Source: Octopus vulgaris
Lineage: Eukaryota
DNA length: 64,000 nt
Reading direction: 5' to 3'
Assembly: GCA_951406725.2 (NCBI GenBank)
Contig: OX597829.1
Coordinates: 32,550,001 to 32,614,000 of the forward strand
Shown here piece by piece: positions 28,541 to 42,676 of this stretch. Made by a program: the position numbers and the translations under genes. The notes beneath the pieces were generated by a model. It was not told the DNA's origin, searched no databases, and worked only from the letters and a program-made list of their open reading frames with translations. Each line of letters opens with the position of its first letter. Position 1 is the first letter of the stretch.

Positions 28541-29671
28541 TTGTGATGGGAGTTAGTTCGACATTTTGCTTCAATTTTCTTTGATGGTTTCAAACAGAAA
28601 GGAGAATAAACATGCGATAAGAACACCGCGTGCAAAAACAGATAGAGAGTCATGTAGTCACATCGGCAAACAAGTCAAACAGACGATCAGCCTGGCAATT
28701 AAAGAAAAAAAAAGACAATCTCTAAGAACCCAGCCCTATACTCAGCATTACTTCTGTTATAAAAGATGGCTGACTAAATAGCGGGCAAGATTAATTTCCT
28801 TTAGTATTTTCCTAGTATTGGCATGCAATAACATTAAAGCCTACAGTTTTGGCGATGGGAAATGGTACCGAGCTATAATAATGAAGACTAGAAGAAATCT
28901 TATAACAGAGAATACTGCCTGCCTGTCTGTCTTTCTCTCTCTCTCTCTTTCTCTCTCTCTCTCGTTCTCTCTCTCACATTCTTTTTCACACACACACACA
29001 CACGCACGCACGCACGCACACACACACGTACGCACACACACACACACACACACAAACGCACGCATGCACGCGCACACACACACACATACATACATACACA
29101 CAATCTATGAGTATCGCCAGCTTAGTAACCTGTCTATGAACGCATTATTGAACCAGTGACAAGAACTAGTTTACCTTTTGCTTTTTTCCTTTTCCGCGAG
29201 CTCACGAAAATGGAGTTTTTCAAAGCGTTTAACTAAGAAGTACAAGATTATCCCCGAACAAGACGCCAGTCTGTTAACCTTGGGTTCACTCCTAAGTGCG
29301 ACTGGTAGACATTTCCAGCTGAGCGCACTGGAGAAACGCCATATGCTTTGCACAAGGTCACAACGTGTTGTCCAGTTCAAGCATCAGATCCACGATTTAA
29401 CGATTGTGAACGCAAACCCCTAGCCCTCGTTTGGGTTTGATTATATATCAACACACACGTTCTCCATAGGTTCCTCTTCATCAACTTCTTTGGAAATGTT
29501 TTGAAATAAACATTGTCACGCGTTGGGAGGATCATTCTGCTAATTAAAATAACACACTGGTTGTAATTCACAAAGCTATTGTTAATTAGTTAATCAATTA
29601 ATGATTGATTTGTCAAAATCTTTCACCTCCCAACTGTCTAGCTGTCTATCTGCTTGCCTGCCAGCTTATAA

Positions 29672-30060
29672 GTATGTATGTACGTTTGCATGTATGTATG
29701 TATGTATGTATGTATGTATGTATGTATGTATGTATGTATGTATGTATGTATGTATGCATGCATGTATGTATGTTATATATGTATGTATGTATGCATGCAT
29801 GTATGCATGTATGCATGTATGTATGTATGTATGTATGTATGTATGTATGTATGCATGTATGTATGTATGCATGTATGCATGTATGCATGTATGTATGCAT
29901 GCATGTATGTATGCATGTATGAATGCATGTATGCATGTATGTATGTATGCATGTATGCATGTATGTATGTATGCAAGTATGTATGTATGTATGTATGTAT
30001 GCATGTATGTACGTTTGTATGTATGTATGTATGTATGTATGTATGCATGTATGTATGTGT
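29672..30060. repeat. (TATG)n/(CATG)n microsatellite
   Basis: Read directly. Confidence 0.97.
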
Positions 30061-30491
30061 GTGTATGTTTGTACATGTGTTTGTGTGAGTGTATATGTAT
30101 ATATGAATGGATGGATGTATGCATGATATTCCTTTGAGTTTTTAGTTGTATTTTTTTTTTAAGAGAGTTCAAGCTAACTAAGCGACAAGACTTTTTTGAG
30201 TGAAGAGAGTTCCCGGTGTTTGTAAATGTATGGTTGAGATGGTGTGTTCGTTGAGCTGTCGATGGATATACCCAAATGTATGCATTTATTGACATAAGAA
30301 TTATTCATGGAGAACTTTTGGAATGTCTTACAAATCTCCGCTGTGTCACTGATTGGATTTCGAAAATCCACGTTAGTTTCTTTTGCTCTGTCTCCGTGAA
30401 ACCGAGTACTTCTAACTTTTTGTACAATTTTTTTTTTGGTACATCTAATGCACTTACGATGATAGATGCATATCAGAATTTATAGTCTGGG

Positions 30492-30862
30492 AGTGGAGGC
30501 GCAATGGCCCAGTGGTTAGGGCAGCGGACTCGCGGTCATAGGATCGCGGTTTCGATTGTGAGTGTTTATTGAGCGAAAACACCTAAAGCTCCACGAGGCC
30601 CCGGCAGGGGATGGTGGTGATCCCTGCTGTACTCTTTCACCACAACTTTCTCTCACTCTTACTTCCTGTTTCTGTTGTACCTTGTATTTCAAAGGGCCGG
30701 CCTTGTCACTCTCTGTGTCACGCTGAATATCCCCGAGAACTACGTTAAGGGTACACGTGTCTGTGGAGTGCTCAGCCACTTACACGTTAATTTCACGAGC
30801 AGGCTGTTCCGTTGATTCGGATCAACTGGAACCCTCGTCGTCGTAACCGACGGAGTGCTACC
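30492..30862 (+). mobile_element. SINE family A with 10-bp TSD
   Basis: Homologous to 520-911; ATAGTCTGGG at 30482-30491 and 30863-30872; short deletion just after the B box. Confidence 0.93.
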
Positions 30863-31479
30863 ATAGTCTGGGTACAAGAGCTGTAAGATTTGCATTAACC
30901 CGCCATAAATATTCTCTTTTTTCTCTTCTGGACATTCACATCAGATCTCCTCAGTGAAACATAGTATGACTGTTTATTATCTTTCAGTTAAGTTTTATGT
31001 ATATAAATATTACCAGATGTGATGCAATTTATTTCAGATCGCTGCAGATTGACATTAGCAAAATAATGATACATGATTCGTACCGGTCGTGTAGTTAGTT
31101 GTGCATGTGTGGCAAACTGTCTATGAAGCCTAGCCATGCCATCTCGATGTATATGAGCGCCTTCTATATCACCAAATACTTTACTACATGATGTACACGT
31201 AAGACTTTGGGTGTCTCATCAGTGCGTGAAGATTGTCAATGGCTAGTATATAGTATTTTGTTATCACGTGAATTTTAATATAGTTTTTAAATGCGGCATG
31301 TATGTATGTATGTATGTATGTATGTATATATGTATGTATGTATAAGCATGTATGTATGTATGTATGTATATATGTATGTATGTATGTATGTATAAGCATA
31401 CATGTATGCATAAATAGACACATGTATACATATGCACATAGTTAGCTGCCTTGCTAGATAGATAAAGACAGGGAAAACG

Positions 31480-31925
<446 letters not shown>

Positions 31926-31973
31926 GGATAGAGCGGGAGAGAGAGAGAAAAAGAGAGAGGGAGGAAGGGTGGC

Positions 31974-32005
<32 letters not shown>

Positions 32006-32019
32006 GGAGGGAAGGCGGC

Positions 32020-32052
<33 letters not shown>

Positions 32053-32569
32053 ATTCATACACAATATTTACAAATAATGCACAAAATGTTTGTTTTTGTA
32101 CTAGAGATATTCCATGTTTATTTAACTCTCTCGCCAATTCCTTTCCAATTCATTGTCACTTTTTCTCTTCTTCAGTACTCACATATACACATAGGCATGA
32201 GCGCACGCACCTACATACACACACACACACACACATTCTCACTCTACGCAGACGCACACACGTTTGTAGATTTTCGTCTACTACATATATATGTGTATGT
32301 GTGTGCTTGCATGTGCGCATATGTGTGTATGTACCTGTGCTTGCGTGTGTATGCCTTTGAGTGTGCGCGCGCGCGTGTGTGTGTGTGTGAGCGCGAGCGC
32401 GCGTGTGCTTACGTATATGCGTGTGTGTTTGTATGTGCGTGCGTGTGTGTGTGTTCCTCCTGTCAAGCACTTGTAGAAGAAACCAAAAGATGTCAACACG
32501 GATGTAAAATCATTATTTACGTCGTTTCTCTATTTACTGTTCTTCGCGTGTGTCTGGAACGTGTCTAGT

Positions 32570-32592
32570 GTTTTGTGTGTGTGTGTGTGTGT

Positions 32593-32651
<59 letters not shown>

Positions 32652-32885
32652 TGTGTGTGTGTTTGTGTTTGTGTGTGTGTGTGTGTGTGTGTTTGTGTGT
32701 GTGTGTATGTGTGTTTGTGTGTGTGTGTATGTGTGTGTGTGTGTGTGTGTTTGTGTGTGTTTGTGTGTGTGTGTCTGTGTGTTTGTGTGTGTGTGTGTTT
32801 GTGTTTGTGTGTGTGTGTGTGTGTGTATGTGTTTGTGTTTGTGTGTGTGTGTATGTGTGTGTGAGTGTGTGTGTGTGTGCGTGTG
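32570..32885. repeat. (TG)n microsatellite
   Basis: Read directly. Confidence 0.98.
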
Positions 32886-33219
32886 TTAGTTTGTCTATGT
32901 GGTGTGGTCGCTTTGAATGTTCACTCTGTCCCCCCAACTCGATTTCTCTTTCCCCCCCATGAAGATGGAAACCAGACTAAGAAAATGGCAGTTCACTCAA
33001 ACGCCGCTCTCCATTGACACGTAATCAATGACGTAGAACCTTTTTTACACCAACGAAAAAGCAGGGATATTCTCAACAATGTAGTCTAAGATAAACTATT
33101 TCGGGAAAGATGGGGTGGTTACGAATAGAATGTTTAGATCATGGATCAGCTCAACCAGAGGTTAAGTAACAACAATAACAACACCAGCACTTCACCGTAG
33201 ATACACGCTTCAAAGTCTG

Positions 33220-33307
<88 letters not shown>

Positions 33308-33308
33308 C

Positions 33309-33344
<36 letters not shown>

Positions 33345-33349
33345 ATAAC

Positions 33350-33545
33350 CGTTTCAATCATTGAACTGCAGCCATGCTGGGGTACCGCCTTGAAGAGTTT
33401 TAGTTGAACAAATTGACCTCAATACTTTTGTAAGGCTGCCACTTATTGTATCGGTCTGTTTTTGTGAACCGCTGAGTTACGAGGACGTAAAAAAGTCAAT
33501 ATCGGTTGTCAATCGGTGTGGAGAGCCAAGCACAGATACAAAGAC
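33350..33545 (-). mobile_element. SINE family B, 3' half
   Basis: GCCATGCTGGGGTACCGCC...GAACCGCTGAGTTACG...CGGTTGTCAA homology. Confidence 0.75.
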
Positions 33546-35499
33546 ATATATACGCGTGCGCGCACACACACACACACACACAAACACACGTACACACAGA
33601 GTAATGTAAAGCATGTAATAAATTCACGGTAAATGATCCAGTTTCGATTTCTGGTGGAAGCTCATTCCGGTTTCAGCTGCGTTTAATTAACTGTACGTAA
33701 CCAAAATCCCTACACTCACCCTTTGTGACACATGTGCATCGCAGCGGACACCAAAAATGTGGAATATGAATAAAGGTATCATAAAAACAAAAGAGAACGG
33801 GGACGGAGGTGAAGAGAGGAGATTTTGTTTAATTTGACAAAGTGAAAACATCTTATTTTATTTTTAAATTATAGATTTACAAACTATAGACAAAACCATT
33901 TCTTTGGAATGGCATGTTGTGTTTACAAAATGACTCAAAAGCCAGATATTTAGATCTGATTTCCGCATTATGAAATCAGTTAAAGTTAACTGATATTCCT
34001 AATATAACTTATAATGGTAAGAATTCTTGAGCAACCATCGATAACCAGTACAGACTGAAATCGACAAGGTTTTCAGTGATGAATCTTCTGGTTGGTACCG
34101 AGTACATTCTGTTGCCTCCTTCAAGTAATTTTTATGATTTTAATTAACGACATCGTTATGTGATTGACATTTGTTAATGAAAACAAAAAAGAACTCGATT
34201 AAAGATAAATGAGATGTAGCAAAAATAATCAAGTTTAACAGAACCAGAATCAAGAGACCTGATAAGCCCCAGGCCAGAATGTCCAAATAGCTTCTTACTC
34301 ATGACATTTAAATACTTTGGCAGTGAGGAGGAAATTCTTCAAATAAACACAGATTCACGCAAGATAGATATCTTTGGGTAACTAAACGAATAGTTACTCA
34401 GACTGTTGATGTCATTCTAATCTTTGATAATGTTTGATGGAAATATTTCTAACATTTTGATAACTGACGTGTGTTTTATTTCACAAATATTTTTATGTTT
34501 ACAGTTTTGTTTTTTTGGCTTATGGAAAATAGGATTTTGAGAGAGGTGGAGATGAGGAACGAAATAATCTGGCTTTTTTTTATTATTAAAAACAAAATAA
34601 AATAGAATATTATAAAGGGATTGTTGCAGAATTTCTGCGAAAGAATGATGAGGGGGAGAAGATACTTAACTCTGCATCGCAAAATATTGTATTGCAGAAA
34701 AAAAAAAAAGAAGATTTTAAATGCAAGATAGCTTAGTCGCAAGTACAAAGAAAGTAGAAGCGACGTGGGGGAAGAGACAGTAACAAAAAGAGGCAAAACG
34801 ACTCGATGGTGGTGGAAAAAAATGATGACTTCGTGGTCTTAAAAGAGTGACACCTATTTTATTTTTATTATTAATTTGTTTGTTTGTATTACTACTTATG
34901 TATTCATTGTAGGGGGGAAAGAGTTTGTCTCTTGTATTCCACGTAAACCGATTAAATGAAAACCATAAGTCAGACAAAACAGACTGGCTGTATTCTTTTG
35001 TGTAAGGCATTAGAAACACAAACAGGGGGAGCTCAAAGACAAATATTTTTATAGTAACAGAACGGAAAGGTCTTCTTTCTCATTTCCCTCCTACTCCCGC
35101 CCTCCTCTTTCTCTATTTTTTCTTACTGTTTCTCACTTTATTTTTTTATATTAAAAAGAGGAAGGGTGAATGAAAAAGTAAGCTGGAAGTAACTGTATAC
35201 TTAATTCTCGATATATTGTGGAGAAGGGCAAGCTAAAGGAGAAGATGAAAATTTATCATGCTGCTTAAAAATATAAGAATTGAAAAAGTTGAGTTGATAA
35301 AATGTTTCACACTAATTAAGTTGAAACAAAAACTTAAGTGGACTGGATCGAAGAATTTCAAACGTTTCTCAAAGAAGATTTGTCACGATTTCAAGCAATC
35401 TCTTACATAAGTATGGATCCTGAATCATTTTTTCTGAGCAGAAAAATAAAATGTAGGAACGAAAAATTATTCTTAGGAAAATAAAGTGCCTCTAGTGTT

Positions 35500-35725
35500 T
35501 ATTTAGGGTGTCGCACTCACCATCGCAGAGTTTGTAGTTTCGATTCCCAGTCGTGCGGTGTGTTGTGTACATGAGCAAATTCTTTCATTTCACGTTGCTC
35601 CACTTCATTCAGCTGTGCTCCAGACTGGCATTCCGTCCAAGAGAAGTGCTATGATTTCAGTCACTTATACGCCATCAAAACCGTGTGATCAGCCCTACCT
35701 ACGAGTCCTATGATTCGAGACAGTA
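35500..35725 (+). mobile_element. SINE family D, degenerate
   Basis: GTTTCGATTCC B box followed by TGAGCAAA...CATTTCACGTTGCTCCA; homologous to 38251-38513. Confidence 0.65.
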
Positions 35726-36536
35726 ATGTCCAGATGTTGTTGATGATGGTGTAATTAGTTATGTCCTTTACTTCTGGGATCAAATCTCACTTAGCTTTTC
35801 ATTCATCGACCTCAACATTTATTTGCCTGGCACTTTATCTTAATAAAGTACCAGTCAAGTACTGAGCTCGATTTAAACGACTACACTCTTCTCTACAAAT
35901 TCGAGGATTTGTGCCTACGAAGAAATAAATAAGTACATAACACCGTAACGTGCAGCTAAACTTTCGGTAGTTAGTTGTTTCGCATTTGTTTACGGAACAG
36001 AAGAATCGTTAATTTACATACATTTCTTCACTCCACCTAGGCGTTGTGATTAAGTGAAACGAGACTAAATGACTGAATTTAAGATAAAACAAAGTGGTGA
36101 TATATGTCAGCCAATGTTTACAGTCTGACACTGTGGCGACATTTCTTGTCAGTTACAAGTATCAGCTGAATAGTTTGTAAAAGTCATTCACAGTATAACA
36201 TGCAGCTTCTACGAGGTCGTCCAAAATGCTAGAAATAGTAACCAAAATCAACCACCACCACGCCTCCCGCAAAATCACAACTTACTCAAATAAGGAACGG
36301 GTTCATTAAATAATTTAGTCCAGCATGGGCCTAAAAGAAAGTCGTGATTGTTACGGTTGGAACGTATTGATCACATGGTTGATCGATAACGGTTAGACTG
36401 GAACCTAATAACAACAGTGACAACAGCAATGACAGCAGCAACAGCAACAGCAACAATCAGTTCCGATTATATTGCATATTCCAAAGCTTCATTAAAGGAA
36501 ATGTTTGTTTCTTTTACATAGGTGCTAATATCTATA

Positions 36537-36623
<87 letters not shown>

Positions 36624-36655
36624 ATATCTATCTATCTACCTACCTACCTACCTAC

Positions 36656-36770
<115 letters not shown>

Positions 36771-36874
36771 TGTAGGTGTGTAGCGTGTCTGTGTGTATAT
36801 TGTGTATGCATGTGTGTAGGTGTGTGCACGCGCACGTATGTGTGTAAGAGGATAGCGAGGCATATATTCGCTTG

Positions 36875-37020
36875 AACCGCCGACTTTGCCGTTCATCCTT
36901 CGGGGTTCGATTAAATAAGTACCAGTTACGCACTGGAGTCGATGTAATCGACTTGAACCCTTTGTCTGTCCTTGTTTGTCCTCTCTATGTTTATCCCCTT
37001 GTGGGCAATAAAGAAATAAA
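36875..37020 (+). mobile_element. SINE family C, 3' part
   Basis: CGACTTTGCC..TCATCCTTCGGGG...CCCTTGTGGGCAATAAAGAAAT. Confidence 0.8.
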
Positions 37021-37324
37021 TATATTGTCGATGCGTATTTTAGGTGTGCCGACGGTAGAGGTTAGGCAGCCGATCGGGTTTCCAACCCCTATCCATATCG
37101 CAATTGGTCAGAGTGACTTAACAAAAACATGCGTAGATAAGCCGCCAAAGACATGCTGAAGTTTCATCCAACAGTGGATTGGCAGCAACTAAGTAGAAAG
37201 TGGTGGAAATAGTTTATCATAACCCCTTACAAAGATGAAAATCCAAGTCCTGTCCCCATCATAATGGGCCGGATGCTGAACTCGTAGGCGAGAGGGAAAT
37301 AAAACTAATTATAGAAATATATAA

Positions 37325-37505
37325 ACGGTGGGGGAGCTGACAAAATCGTTAGCACGACAGACAAAATGCTACGCGGCATCTCTTACGGCTCTTAACATTC
37401 CGAGTTCAAATATCACCGAGGTCCTCTTTGCGTTTCATTCTTTCGGGGTCGATAAGGCAGAGAACCAGTCGAATACAAGAATCGATGTAATCGACTTGTC
37501 TCCCT
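37325..37505 (+). mobile_element. SINE family C
   Basis: GAGCTGACAAAATCGTTAGC...GAGTTCAAAT...TTTCGGGGTCGATAA. Confidence 0.8.
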
Positions 37506-38026
37506 CCTTCTTTTGCTAACCTTGCAAGAGATCGGCATTCCGCTCAGAGGAATGTTGTGATCTTGGTCAGTTTATATGTCATGGAAACTAGGGAGCCGGT
37601 CTTATGAGTCCTAGGGCTATCTATCTATATGTGTGTGTGATTTGATGACTAAGTTTGGATATGCAGAATGAAATGTGTAGAACAGGACTACAGTCCACGG
37701 GTTCAACTCTGCAGTACTTAAAATTATTTTATCAAACATTGTGGGAACATCCGACGCACTTATAATTCCGCCTGTCTCATCACCCAAAATTTGCAAACGG
37801 GGTCTGCAAGATTATTAGGGGGAAAAAAATTCCTAATTCGTCCTCGAAATATATCCAACCGTTTAAAAGTATAAAACACCTACATAGTTTATGGAAGCGA
37901 TGTATATAAAGAAATGTCGGAAATAAGAGACATGATAGTCACGACTGGAATACCTTTACTGCTATGTCTGCTTGATCAAGGCTGAAGCAAGATCAAAACA
38001 CACACACACACACACACACTCGCGCG

Positions 38027-38072
<46 letters not shown>

Positions 38073-38250
38073 TTGCATAGACACAAAGGTTGTATCATAT
38101 GGAGGACATGATGAGTTACCTGTGACATTTATGCCACTTGGAATCTAAGAATAATTTACACACATATCCGTAACCAGAGACTGAAACCGTTTCATCGCCT
38201 CAACAGATGAAATGCCCTTCTTTTGCTTTGGCTCATGTTATAAAGCATAA

Positions 38251-38513
38251 AAGAAAAAATAAATGCGCCCTTTTAAAGCCCAGCCAGGCTCATGGGTCCA
38301 GTTCCCCGGTTTCTATGGCGCATGTTTTCTCCAGCTGGACGGGACGCTAGTCCATCGCAGCGTTACTCATTTTTGCCAGCTGAGTGGACTAGAGCAACGT
38401 GAAATGAAGTGTTTTGCTCAAGAATACAACGCGTTGCCAGGGCCAGGAATCGAAACCACAATCTTACGATTGTCTTAAGCTGACACCCTAACCACTAAGC
38501 CACGCGCCTCCAC
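38251..38513 (-). mobile_element. tRNA-derived SINE family D with 13-bp TSD
   Basis: Minus strand GTGGAGGCGCGTGGCTTAGTGG (A box)...GGTTTCGATTCC (B box); TTATAAAGCATAA at 38238-38250 and 38514-38526. Confidence 0.9.
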
Positions 38514-38747
38514 TTATAAAGCATAACCTTCATATAAAAGAAAATCGTTTTTATATGAACATAAGGAGAAAGGCTGAAACTAACCTTACAATATAACTAA
38601 TATTTCTTTACTATAATATCTTCTGGCCTCATTTCTCTTCCCTCTTTCCTGTTTATCACTCTATTTCATTCTTGTCTTATTCCTCACAGTAATATCTGCC
38701 AGTCTCTACGTTCAGACATTGTTATATTTTTGTCTTCTCTTACACCC

Positions 38748-39118
38748 ATTTACTTGTTTCAGTTATTGGACTGCGGCTACACTAGCGCATCACACCGAAG
38801 GGTTTAGTTGAACAAATAGAGCCTAGTATTTTAGTTTTGGTACTTATTCCTATCAGTCGCTATTCTCGAACCGCTAAGTTACGGTGACGTAAACGTATCA
38901 ACAATGGTTGTCAAGCAGTTGTCATACGTACACGCACACACACATTCATATATACATATACATTAATTGGCTTCCGTCTTCCAAATTCACTCCTAAGGCA
39001 TTGGTCGATACGGGGCCACAAGAGAAGACACTTTCTCAAGTTGCCGTGCAGTGGGGTTGAACCCAAAACCTTGTGGCTACAAAGCAAGCTTTTTAACCAT
39101 ACAGTTCAACCTGTGCCT
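38748..39118 (-). mobile_element. SINE family B, older diverged copy
   Basis: Colinear reverse-complement homology to 8632-9040. Confidence 0.8.
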
Positions 39119-39149
39119 ATGGCTATGCCGGATTTATATATATAATTAT

Positions 39150-39357
39150 TAGTTTCAAATTTTGGCTCAAGGCCTGTAATTTCTGGTGAGTGGGTATGTC
39201 GATTATATAGACCCCTGCAACCCCAGTACTCAACAGGTACTTATTTTACCGACCCCCGAAAGGTAAAGTTGACCACGACGGAATTTGAACTCAGAACGTA
39301 AATATCGCTAAGCATTTTGCCCCGGCGTGCTAACGATTCAGCCAACTCGCTGCCTTA
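39150..39357 (-). mobile_element. SINE family C
   Basis: CCGACCCCCGAAAGG...GGAATTTGAACTCAGAACG...GTGCTAACGATTC. Confidence 0.8.
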
Positions 39358-39727
39358 CATATATAATTATTATTGTCACATCACTGAAGACTGTGACTTA
39401 GAATTTATTTGTAACTTCATTGTAATAATATTAAGGCGTTCATTCCTATCGAAGCTTCAGCACATATCCACTTGCTGACTCCCCGAGTGCCTTCATTCAG
39501 AATATGAAGAGAGATCAATGAGTAGAAGTCTTCAACAGTTTCAGATAGTCATGACATGAAAACAATCGAGCATTTTTATACATATGTTTTCTTCCTGTTT
39601 ATGCGAGCGTGTTATGCTATCAATATGCAGTTTGTCAATTTTAGAATTGTTTATCTACACATAAATGTGTGTGATGGGTGATGCATGCGAACTTGCAGTT
39701 GATAGCGAATGCATATGTACACACACT

Positions 39728-39848
39728 CCTAAAAGTAATCAGGGTGCATAAAACGAGATTGAAAGAGATTGACACGCACGTCTCACCCGAAACAAAAGCA
39801 TATATATTCGTGCACACAGGTAGGTACATATATGCACGCACACACACG

Positions 39849-39935
<87 letters not shown>

Positions 39936-39993
39936 GACACAGACATACATACATACGTGCATTCGCGTTTTATGCACCCTGATTACTTTTAGG
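39728..39993. mobile_element. MITE with perfect 28-bp TIRs enclosing (CA)n
   Basis: CCTAAAAGTAATCAGGGTGCATAAAACG (39728-39755) and its exact reverse complement (39966-39993). Confidence 0.85.
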
Positions 39994-40068
39994 CTGAAAG
40001 GGCGGGGTTGCGATTTATACCAATCACAGACCCTATAGGGCAAGGAGAAATAAAACAGAAAAGTAAAT

Positions 40069-40230
40069 AGTGGCTGTGTGGATAAGTAGCTTGCTTAGCA
40101 GCAACACGGTTCCGGGTTCAGTCCCACTGCATGACACCTTGGACAAGTGTCTTCTACTATAGACTATAGACTCGGGTCGACCAAAGCCTTGTGAGTAGAT
40201 TTGGGAGACGGAAACTGAAAGAAGCCCATC

Positions 40231-40290
<60 letters not shown>

Positions 40291-40506
40291 GTGTGTGTGT
40301 GTGTATGTTTGTGTGTCTGTGTTTGTCCTTCCCAACATCGCTTGACAACCGATGCTTACGTCTCCGTAACGTAGCGGTTCCGCAAAAATCATACCGATAG
40401 AATAAGTACTAGGCTTACAAAGAATAAGTCCTGGGGTCGATTTCCTCGATTAAAGGCGGTGCCCCAGCATGGCCGCAGTCAAACGACTGAAGCAAGTAAG
40501 AGAGTA
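40069..40506 (+). mobile_element. SINE family B (near full length)
   Basis: Close match to 8632-9040; internal (TA)n(TG)n about 75 bp. Confidence 0.9.
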
Positions 40507-40930
40507 AAAAAAAAAAAAAAAGAGATAATCACAGAGGAAAAAAAAAAAATAAATGTACACACAACTCAACCATATTGACAGAAGGGCTTACATATGTTGT
40601 TTATATACACACGTGTAATGTGCTGAATAAGTGGTAAGGCTTACTTTGCTGTAAGACACTTTAATTAAGTATACTTTTTTGTTCAAAGGGGCAAAGATAA
40701 TATATGCATGTATATATATATATATATATATTATAGTGGGGTAGGCCGGTTTAAGGGGTTACCTGGGCTTCTTGCTCATAAGGAGAGAGAGAGAGAGAGA
40801 GAGAAACAGGGACAGAGAGAAAGAGATTGACAGATAGACAGACAGATGGACAGATAGGTAGATAGGCAGGCATACATACATAAATACATACTTACATACA
40901 TATGTAATATACATATGTAATATACATATG

Positions 40931-40980
<50 letters not shown>

Positions 40981-41307
40981 GTATATGTATATGCAAGTAT
41001 ACACACATAAACATATACACACACATTCTGTTTCTCCTTTTCGAGAGGGCTTCAAGAAAATCAGTGTGTTGCCTTCAATAATAAATGATTACACACACAC
41101 ACACGTACTCATACACACGTCTGTCTATGTATACGTGAACGTGCGTGTATGCCTATGCGTACGTGTATGTATGCTTACATATAAACAGATGGCTGTTCAT
41201 GAATAAATATATGTGGATATATAGAAAACGAGATATGCAGACGGCATAATGCATTTCAAACAAAAGTAAAACAAAAAAATAACAAAAGATACAAAAACGA
41301 AACAAAA

Positions 41308-41341
<34 letters not shown>

Positions 41342-41463
41342 CGTATGTATGTATGAATACACATCTACATATATACATACATACTTGCATATATATGTAT
41401 ATATTAGTTATATTATATATATATATGATATATTATATAATATAATAGTTGTGTTGTGCTTAC

Positions 41464-42676
41464 CCGGTGTTGGACAAGGACTCGGCTCGTTGCTTTTCAC
41501 TTTTTTACCAGCTTCAACATCCATATCTTTAGTTTTGGTCCGCTTCGGCCAGACTCCCTTTTTTATGTCTTCGAATCTACTCTTAGCTCTGTTGCTGCTG
41601 CTTTTACTGCTACTGCTGACACCTCCACCACCATGGGCGCTGCCACTAATTACACCGCCACCGTCGTCTGCTACAGCATCAGTGTTAACTTCCTGTCTCT
41701 CGTCAATCATCGAAACTCTCACCTCTTCTTTTTCTACGTTCGACTCCCCTTCGTTCTTATGTTCTTCACTGGAGGCCTTCTCTTTTTCCTTTTTCTCCTG
41801 TTTTTTCTTAAGCTTCTCCTCTTCTTTCTTCTTCTTCTCCTCTTCTTTCTTCTTACGTTTTTCTTCTTCCTCTTCTTTCTTCTTCTCTTTCTTCTTCTTC
41901 TTCTCCTCCTCTGCCATTTCTTTTTTCTTTCTGTTCTCCTCTTCTCGCGATTTTGATCTCTCTCTCTCCTTCTCCTCCGTCTCTTTTTCGATCTTTGTCT
42001 CTGATTCCTTTTCTTTGCCCTCCTTCTCTTTGTTCATCCCTTCGTCTGACTGTGCACCGAGAGGTGTCACAGTAACGGATGATCTCTTACTTTCTTCTTT
42101 AGCGTTCGTTTTCGTCGGATTTTCAGTCGGTCCTTTGGCTCCGGAGCCGGAGCTGCCGTTCGCATTCGGGGGAGCAGTCGACTCTTTCGAACGAGTGAGA
42201 AAGTTGAATCGATCTGTCAACGATTTCCTGAACGGTGACTCGCTGGACTTTTTGTCCGCTTTCACCGGACCGTCCGTAGCCGTCGCTGGTGGAGTGGACG
42301 GTGGCGGCCGAGACGGGGGCGGTGGTCTGGGAGAAGCAGACGCATTGGCGCTGGGGCTATTGGACGAGCTGGAGTTTTTGTTGCTGTTACCTGCAGTCAA
42401 ACCGCTGTTTATATTCTTCCAGTTGTTGCTGTTGGGTGCAGTGTTGTTGTTGCTACCGCTAAGGGTGGCCGTGGCTGTTGCCGCTGAAGAATTCGGTGTT
42501 GATGTTGCTGGTGGTGTTGTGGTACCGCTGCTGCTTGTTTGCACCGAATTCGTTGCAGCGGTGGACGACGCACCACCAGGAGTATCTAAGTTGGGACCGG
42601 TGGCATCGTGATTCGAACCAGGAGGTGTGGTCAGACTGCCACTCGAGGTTTCCACGCCGACTTTCGAATCCTTCAT
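41464..42676 (-). CDS. Probable first coding exon (404 codons + 1 nt) of an unidentified host gene; S/T/P-rich disordered N-terminus with an E/K-rich coiled-coil/charged segment
   Basis: Long non-microsatellite ORF with higher GC; ATG at 42676 with an in-frame TGA 39 nt upstream; GTAAGC donor at 41463-41458 (phase 1), after which the ORF becomes AT-rich intron-like sequence. Confidence 0.8.

Noticed and set aside
33850-34460. Very old RT fragment
   Set aside because: Only an ..ILINDI-like hint; insufficient evidence.
41337-42611. 424-aa plus-strand ORF
   Set aside because: Antisense shadow of the minus-strand exon; starts in a microsatellite and is S/F/L-rich as expected from complementing E/K codons.
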